From positions 502,790 to 534,789 of the forward strand of contig NZ_KE383978.1 in assembly GCF_000423105.1 (NCBI RefSeq): a stretch of DNA of 32,000 nt, in the 5' to 3' direction. The stretch comes from Halalkalibacillus halophilus DSM 18494. GTDB taxonomy: Bacteria; Bacillota; Bacilli; Bacillales; Alkalibacillaceae. The translations under genes were made by a program, and so were the position numbers. The first letter of the stretch is position 1. Every line of letters begins with the position of its first letter. A model generated the notes under the pieces. It searched no databases. It was not told where the DNA came from and saw only the letters and a list, made by a program, of their open reading frames with translations. Positions 24,945 to 32,000 of this stretch are shown here, one piece after another.

Positions 24945-25880
24945 ATGGTTAAAGTCCGTACGCAAGATTTAATAAAGCGTTTTGATTTGGAATTAGTTGC
25001 CGGCGTCGATGGAGTTCATCATGAAATTGTGACGAGTGATATCTCACGACCAGGTATGGAGATGGCTGGTTATTTTACGCATTATCCAAAAGAGCGACTA
25101 CAATTGATGGGTCGCACGGAACTTTCATTTCTGTATGATTTAACAGAAGAAGAAGTGAAGGACCGGATGACGAATTTATGTACAGATGTAACACCTGGTA
25201 TTGTGATTACTAGAGGGATGGAAGTACCTCCTTCTTTAATCGAAGCTGCTAATGAAGCAGGCGTACCTGTTATGCGCTCCCCGTACAAGACAACCCGCGT
25301 CATCAGTAGATTAACTACTTTCTTAGAATCAAAATTCGCACCGACCACAGCCGTTCATGGTGTGTTAGTGGACGTGTATGGGATTGGTGTACTGATTACA
25401 GGCGCAAGTGGTATCGGTAAAAGTGAAACGGCGCTTGAACTTGTAAAGCGTGGTCACCGACTTGTAGCGGATGATAATGTGGAAATTAAACAAGAAGATT
25501 ATGATACGTTAATTGGGAATCCTCCAAATTTAATTGAGTATTTACTTGAAATTCGTGGGCTAGGAATCATCAATGTCATGACGTTATTTGGAGCGGGAGC
25601 AGTAAGAAACTTTAAGCGGATTTCCTTAGTTGCTCATTTAGAAACTTGGGAGGCGGATAAACAATACGATCGTTTAGGTTTAGATGAGGACACGATGAAA
25701 ATAATGGATGTGAACTTACCGAAAGCTATCATTCCCGTACGTCCAGGGCGTAACTTATCCGTTATCATTGAGGTTGCCGCAATGAATTTCCGATTGAAAA
25801 AAATGGGGATTAATACAGCGGAGGAATTTTCAGAGCGATTAAATAAGGTAATGGATGTCAATCAAGATGATGTCGATTAG
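24945..25880 (+). CDS. hprK: HPr kinase/phosphorylase
   Basis: [20 protein letters not shown] aligns with the B. subtilis HprK N-terminus. It has the Walker [26 protein letters not shown] and the [11 protein letters not shown] motif. AGGAGG at 24932-24937 lies 7 nt before ATG 24945. Confidence 0.96.
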   Translation: MVKVRTQDLIKRFDLELVAGVDGVHHEIVTSDISRPGMEMAGYFTHYPKERLQLMGRTELSFLYDLTEEEVKDRMTNLCTDVTPGIVITRGMEVPPSLIEAANEAGVPVMRSPYKTTRVISRLTTFLESKFAPTTAVHGVLVDVYGIGVLITGASGIGKSETALELVKRGHRLVADDNVEIKQEDYDTLIGNPPNLIEYLLEIRGLGIINVMTLFGAGAVRNFKRISLVAHLETWEADKQYDRLGLDEDTMKIMDVNLPKAIIPVRPGRNLSVIIEVAAMNFRLKKMGINTAEEFSERLNKVMDVNQDDVD

Positions 25881-25891
25881 GAGGAAAGTGT

Positions 25892-26767
25892 ATGTATTGT
25901 GAGTATGAAGCGTATGATCGGGTGTTCCTTCAATTAGGTCCACTACCGGTTTATTGGTATGGATTTTTAATTATGCTTGGCGCATTGATTGCCTTAGTAG
26001 TTGCTACGCGTGAGGGAAAACGACTAGGATTACATAAGGATTTTTATATAGATTTACTAGTATTTGCAATTCCAGCAGCCATTGTAGGTGCGAGGCTCTA
26101 TTATGTTCTATTTGAATTGGACAGGTATGATTCGTTAATTGACATCATCGACATTCGAGAAGGTGGACTGGCCATACATGGGGCGTTAATAGCTTCTGTA
26201 ACTGTTGCTTATTTTTATGGAAAGATCAAAGGTGTATCCTTCTGGAAAATTGCTGATATAGCTGCTCCGAGTTTACTTATTGGTCAAATGCTTGGGCGCT
26301 GGGGTAACTTCATGAACCAAGAAGCATATGGAGGACCGATTTCAGAATCAGCTTATAACAATTTTCTTCAATTTGTACCGAATTGGATTATGCAAAATAT
26401 GTGTGTGGATGGTGTGCTTCACCACCCGACCTTCTTATATGAATCACTATGGAATTTAATAGGAATCGCCGTTTTATTGTACTTACGTTATAAAGTGAAT
26501 CCAAGGCGAGGAGTTCTATTTTTAAGTTATGTCATTTGGTATTCCTTTGGACGATTCTTTATCGAAGGGTTACGAACGGATAGCCTTTATATTGTAGGTG
26601 ATTTACGAGTAGCTCAATTGATTTCGGTATTGCTAATTGCTGGTGCGATCTTCTTAATATGGTATCGTAAAAAGCAAGGATTAGCAGAAGAATTATATGA
26701 TGGAACATCGCTTAAGAAGCCAAATAATAAGAAAAAGTCATCTAATAAAAATAAGAAAAAGAAATAA
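25892..26767 (+). CDS. lgt: Prolipoprotein diacylglyceryl transferase
   Basis: It has the Lgt signature GRWGNFMNQEAYG, an N-terminal LGPLPVYWYG and multiple TMs. AGGAGG lies 7 nt before the ATG. The C-terminal tail is Lys-rich. Confidence 0.95.
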   Translation: MYCEYEAYDRVFLQLGPLPVYWYGFLIMLGALIALVVATREGKRLGLHKDFYIDLLVFAIPAAIVGARLYYVLFELDRYDSLIDIIDIREGGLAIHGALIASVTVAYFYGKIKGVSFWKIADIAAPSLLIGQMLGRWGNFMNQEAYGGPISESAYNNFLQFVPNWIMQNMCVDGVLHHPTFLYESLWNLIGIAVLLYLRYKVNPRRGVLFLSYVIWYSFGRFFIEGLRTDSLYIVGDLRVAQLISVLLIAGAIFLIWYRKKQGLAEELYDGTSLKKPNNKKKSSNKNKKKK

Positions 26768-26780
26768 AGGAGTTTGACCA

Positions 26781-27725
26781 TTGGGAGCAACGTTTAAAAA
26801 AGGACTTCAAAGCGGTCTTTCAGTTACTTGGGCGTTAGGAAAAATTATTTTTCCAATTACCGTCCTTGTGATGTTGCTCCGGTACACACCACTTTTTCCA
26901 ATTGTAATTGGTTGGTTAGAGCCGGTAATGCGCTTGTTTGGACTACCTGGGGAAGCAGCTGTTCCAATTGTTTTAGGTAACTTACTTAATTTATACGCAG
27001 GTATTGGGGCAATAGTCAGCTTTGATTTTACAGTAAAAGAAGTGTTTATTCTCGCAATAATGCTTTCTTTTTCACACAATATTATAATAGAATCAGCGGT
27101 CGCTTCGAAAGTTGGCGTAAACTTCTGGATTATTGCAGGAGTACGTATGTCACTTGCAGCTATATCGGCGATTGTGATTAATTTAGTATGGCAAGGCGGA
27201 AGTGAACAAGCTCAATATGGGCTGATTTCTAATGAAACTGATCCATCTGGATGGGCAGAAATTGTACTGACTGCTTTTCAAACGGCATTTATGAGTATTG
27301 TTCAGCTAGCTGCAATTGTCATTCCTTTGATGATTGTCATGCAGTGGATGCGAGATCAAAAATGGTTAGACTGGTTGTCGGATAAATTAGCGCCAATGAC
27401 AAAGATTATTGGTGTAGAGAAGAATGCATCGATGACACTTGTAGCTGGGTTAACGATCGGGTTAGCATATGGGGCAGGTCTAATGATTCAAGCTATGCAA
27501 GAAGATGGTGTGTCGAAAAAAGACATGTATCTCGTTTTAATCTTTCTAGTTACTTGTCACGCAGTAGTGGAAGACACTTTAATATTCATTCCGCTTGGCA
27601 TTCCGGTATGGCCACTTCTCGCCATTCGCTTGGTAACAGCAATACTCTTAACGATGCTTGTAGCTTATGTTTGGAAACAAGTGGAGAAAAATAAACAAGT
27701 AGAACAAAAGGATGTGCATTCATGA
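26781..27725 (+). CDS. yvoD: Nucleoside-recognition (Gate) domain membrane protein, YvoD-like
   Basis: 314-aa polytopic membrane protein in the same position as B. subtilis yvoD, between lgt and ppaX. It has a TTG start with AAGGAG 8 nt upstream. Confidence 0.7.
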   Translation: MGATFKKGLQSGLSVTWALGKIIFPITVLVMLLRYTPLFPIVIGWLEPVMRLFGLPGEAAVPIVLGNLLNLYAGIGAIVSFDFTVKEVFILAIMLSFSHNIIIESAVASKVGVNFWIIAGVRMSLAAISAIVINLVWQGGSEQAQYGLISNETDPSGWAEIVLTAFQTAFMSIVQLAAIVIPLMIVMQWMRDQKWLDWLSDKLAPMTKIIGVEKNASMTLVAGLTIGLAYGAGLMIQAMQEDGVSKKDMYLVLIFLVTCHAVVEDTLIFIPLGIPVWPLLAIRLVTAILLTMLVAYVWKQVEKNKQVEQKDVHS

Positions 27726-28360
27726 CTATAAAAGCAATTTTATTTGATTTGGACGGAACATTGATCGATTCCAATCAATTAATCATCGAGTCTTTCCGAC
27801 ACACATTAGAGCAATTTACAGAAAAAAACTATACAGACGAAGAACTTCAAACGTTTATCGGTCCACCGCTACAAGACAGCCTTGAAAAAATTCGCCCGGA
27901 TCAAGTGGATGAAATGATGCAAACGTACAGAAAGCACAACTTAGAAAATCATGATCATTTTGTCAAAGCTTTTGACGGGGTATTTGAAACGATTCAAGAT
28001 CTGCATCAAAAAGGAATCCCGATGGCCATTGTCACGACGAAACGGAGAAATACAGCAATAAGAGGCTTGGAGTTAACGAATTTGAATCAGTTCTTCGATG
28101 TGGTGATTGGTCTAGATGATGTGACCCATGCCAAACCAGATCCTGAACCAATCGAGAAAGGCTTAGAAGCTCTTGGAGTGTCCAAAGAAGGGACAATTAT
28201 GATCGGGGATAATTCACATGATATAGATGCTGGTAAAAATGCAGGAACATTAACAGCAGGTGTAGAATGGTCTGCAAAAGGTGCCGACTTTATGAAATCA
28301 TTGCAACCAGATTATCTACTAAAACATATTACTGATTTGATTGATTTAGTAGAGGAGTGA
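27722..28360 (+). CDS. ppaX: HAD-family pyrophosphatase PpaX (P-Ser-HPr phosphatase HprP)
   Basis: It has HAD motif I ([11 protein letters not shown]) and motifs II-IV ([18 protein letters not shown]). ATGA overlaps the yvoD stop. Synteny supports the call. Confidence 0.88.
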   Translation: MTIKAILFDLDGTLIDSNQLIIESFRHTLEQFTEKNYTDEELQTFIGPPLQDSLEKIRPDQVDEMMQTYRKHNLENHDHFVKAFDGVFETIQDLHQKGIPMAIVTTKRRNTAIRGLELTNLNQFFDVVIGLDDVTHAKPDPEPIEKGLEALGVSKEGTIMIGDNSHDIDAGKNAGTLTAGVEWSAKGADFMKSLQPDYLLKHITDLIDLVEE

Positions 28361-28364
28361 TCGT

Positions 28365-28868
28365 ATGCGCCAAACGAAGCGCTATTACGTAAAGGATTCC
28401 AACTCACTGTGGCAAATTTATAAAACAGTTCCGTTTTTAAAGGTGATGAAAAACTTTATCTTTATTCAAATCGGGAGATATATGCCCTTTTTAGGTATAA
28501 AGAATAGAATTTATATGACATTTTTACGGATGGATGTTGGAAAAGAAGCGGCATTCGCCTTAATGGTCATGCCGGATGTGATGTTTCCAGAAAAAATCAC
28601 TGTTGGTAATAATGCGATCATTGGGTACAACACAACAATTCTTGCACATGAATACTTAAAAGATGAGTACCGAATTGGTGAAGTCATAATTGAAGACGAT
28701 GTGATGATTGGTGCAAATACGACAATTTTACCTGGTGTAACAATTGGCAAAGGAGCGATTGTTTCAGCAGCAACACTTGTACATGCGGATGTTCCAGCAG
28801 GTGCTTTTGTTGGCGGAAACCCGATGCAAGTCATCTATACGAGAGAAGAAATGAATACACGAACATAA
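28365..28868 (+). CDS. yvoF: Hexapeptide-repeat (LbH) acetyltransferase, YvoF-like
   Basis: It has left-handed beta-helix hexapeptide repeats ([39 protein letters not shown]). GAGGAG lies 7 nt before the ATG. Position matches B. subtilis yvoF. Confidence 0.8.
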   Translation: MRQTKRYYVKDSNSLWQIYKTVPFLKVMKNFIFIQIGRYMPFLGIKNRIYMTFLRMDVGKEAAFALMVMPDVMFPEKITVGNNAIIGYNTTILAHEYLKDEYRIGEVIIEDDVMIGANTTILPGVTIGKGAIVSAATLVHADVPAGAFVGGNPMQVIYTREEMNTRT

Positions 28869-28889
28869 ATCAGATGAATGACAGCTAAG

Positions 28890-30510
<1,621 letters not shown>

Positions 30511-30537
30511 GTAGTGACGGAAAGGAAGAAGGGGTTA

Positions 30538-32000
30538 ATGATGCAAACATTTTCAAACAAACAGAGAGAACAAGAGAAAGATAAATTATCTCAAACTTAT
30601 GATTTAATCGTTATTGGTGGAGGGATTACCGGAGCTGGAATAGCACTTGATGCAGCTACTCGGGGCTATCAAACGTTACTGTTAGATATGCAAGATTTCG
30701 CAGCTGGGACGTCAAGTAGATCTACAAAACTTGTTCACGGTGGATTAAGATATTTAAAAAACTTTGAAGTGAGAATGGTTGCTGAAGTTGGAAAAGAACG
30801 AGCGATTGTATACGAAAATGGGCCTCATATTACAAGGCCGGAATGGATGATGCTTCCATTTTATGATTCAGGGACTTTTGGGCCAATCTCTACAAGTATC
30901 GGACTGCGCGTTTATGATTTTTTAGCAGGTGTCAAAAAGCAAGAACGTCGCTACATGCTTTCCAAAGAAAAAACTATCGAACAGGAGCCACTCCTTAAAG
31001 AAGAAGGCTTAAAAGGAAGCGGCTATTACGTGGAGTATAAAACAGATGATGCTAGATTAACAATTGAAGTGTTAAAGAAAGCAGTAGAAAAAGGGGCGGA
31101 CGCATTTAACTATATGAAGGTCAGTCAATTTTTATATAATAATGGAAAGGTGATGGGGGTCAAAGCGGAAGATCAAATTACTGGAGAAAGTTATGATGTC
31201 TATAGCCAAACAGTAATTAATGCTGCGGGTCCGTGGGTCGATGAGTTAAGGGACAAGGATCGTTCTAAAAAAGGAAAGGAACTCTACCATACCAAAGGGG
31301 TCCATCTCGTATTTGATGGTAAGAAATTTCCACTACGACAGGCAGTCTATTTTGACTCTCCAGATAAACGGATGATTTTCGCGATTCCAAGAGATGGAAA
31401 AACGTATGTTGGAACGACGGATACCCATTACATTGATGATTTAAAAAGCCCGACGATTACGAAAGAAGACCGTCAGTATATCATAGATGCTATTGCTTTT
31501 ATGTTCCCTAAAGTAGAAATAACAGAGGAAGATATAGAATCCACTTGGTCTGGTGTTAGACCACTTATTTATGAAGAAGGAAAGGATCCTTCAGAAATTT
31601 CACGTAAAGATGAGATTTTAATTTCCGATTCAGGGCTGATGTCTATGGCTGGTGGAAAGTTAACGGGGTACCGAAAAATGGCACAACAAGTAGTCGACCT
31701 TGTTGCGAAAGAATTAAAAACTATAGGATATCCTGTTGTAAAGTCTGACACGAAATACTTGGCTTTAGCTGGTGGAGAGGTTGGAGGTTCTTCTGGTTTT
31801 GCAAAATTCACTCAAGATATGCTTCAAATTAGTGAAGAACTTCCTGTTTCCAAAAAACAGTTACTACGTTGGATCAATCGTTATGGGTTAAATACGAAAC
31901 AAATTCTTGCTTATATTCGAGAGAAAGGGGAAGAAGAGTCAATTTCCAATGAACTGTATGGTGAATTGATGTATGCGTTAGAATATGAATCGGTTTATCG
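30538..32000 (+). CDS. glpD: Aerobic glycerol-3-phosphate dehydrogenase (FAD-dependent), 3'-truncated by the window end
   Basis: This ORF is not in the track because it has no stop within the window. My own translation from ATG 30538/30541 stays open to position 32000. It gives MMQTFSNKQ...YDLIVIGGGITGAGIALDAATRGYQTLLLDMQDFAAGTSSRSTKLVHGGLRYL, which has the GlpD FAD-binding fold. An RBS AAAGGAAGAAGGGG lies upstream. Confidence 0.92.
   Translation, partial: MMQTFSNKQREQEKDKLSQTYDLIVIGGGITGAGIALDAATRGYQTLLLDMQDFAAGTSSRSTKLVHGGLRYLKNFEVRMVAEVGKERAIVYENGPHITRPEWMMLPFYDSGTFGPISTSIGLRVYDFLAGVKKQERRYMLSKEKTIEQEPLLKEEGLKGSGYYVEYKTDDARLTIEVLKKAVEKGADAFNYMKVSQFLYNNGKVMGVKAEDQITGESYDVYSQTVINAAGPWVDELRDKDRSKKGKELYHTKGVHLVFDGKKFPLRQAVYFDSPDKRMIFAIPRDGKTYVGTTDTHYIDDLKSPTITKEDRQYIIDAIAFMFPKVEITEEDIESTWSGVRPLIYEEGKDPSEISRKDEILISDSGLMSMAGGKLTGYRKMAQQVVDLVAKELKTIGYPVVKSDTKYLALAGGEVGGSSGFAKFTQDMLQISEELPVSKKQLLRWINRYGLNTKQILAYIREKGEEESISNELYGELMYALEYESVY

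Noticed and set aside
24996-25005. GTTGCCGGCG inside hprK, identical to the first motif copy of the upstream island.
   Set aside because: It lies in frame within the conserved HprK N-terminal coding sequence (LVAGVDG). A single 10-mer match is most simply coincidence.

Overview
This window is a chromosomal segment from an AT-rich member of the Bacillaceae. The many acidic (D/E-rich) protein inserts hint at a halotolerant or halophilic lineage. Every credible gene is on the + strand. Gene order is almost co-linear with the Bacillus subtilis flaG-to-glpD region: [unknown 3' end] - CYP152 P450 - flaG fliD fliS fliT - hpf - small ORF - secA - prfB (programmed +1 frameshift) - cccB - ftsE ftsX - coiled-coil M23 peptidase - ctpB - minJ - uvrB uvrA - yojF bshB2 - yvlB-like yvlD-like - hprK lgt yvoD ppaX yvoF - glpK glpD (3'-truncated by the window edge). 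I recognised no rRNA, tRNA, CRISPR array, transposase, integrase or obvious defence or toxin module. This is mostly core housekeeping DNA, and I do not see a convincing novel multi-gene system. The most unusual feature is a ~200 bp GC-rich, apparently non-coding island (about 24621-24838) between the yvlD terminator and hprK. It carries five TGCCGGC(A/G) palindromes spaced 42, 41, 20 and 20 bp apart, including a perfect 14-bp inverted repeat. Secondary curiosities:
- Three same-orientation DnaA-box-like 9-mers exactly 20 bp apart upstream of ftsE.
- An FtsEX-linked M23 hydrolase with intact catalytic motifs and internal tandem repeats.
- A CYP152 peroxygenase gene directly upstream of the sigma-D flaG operon, with a terminator abutting its RBS.
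- Two candidate small ORFs.
- Several operon-architecture differences from B. subtilis.
Many ORF-track starts are over-extended and were re-called using RBS position and homology. All antisense ORFs in the track look spurious.
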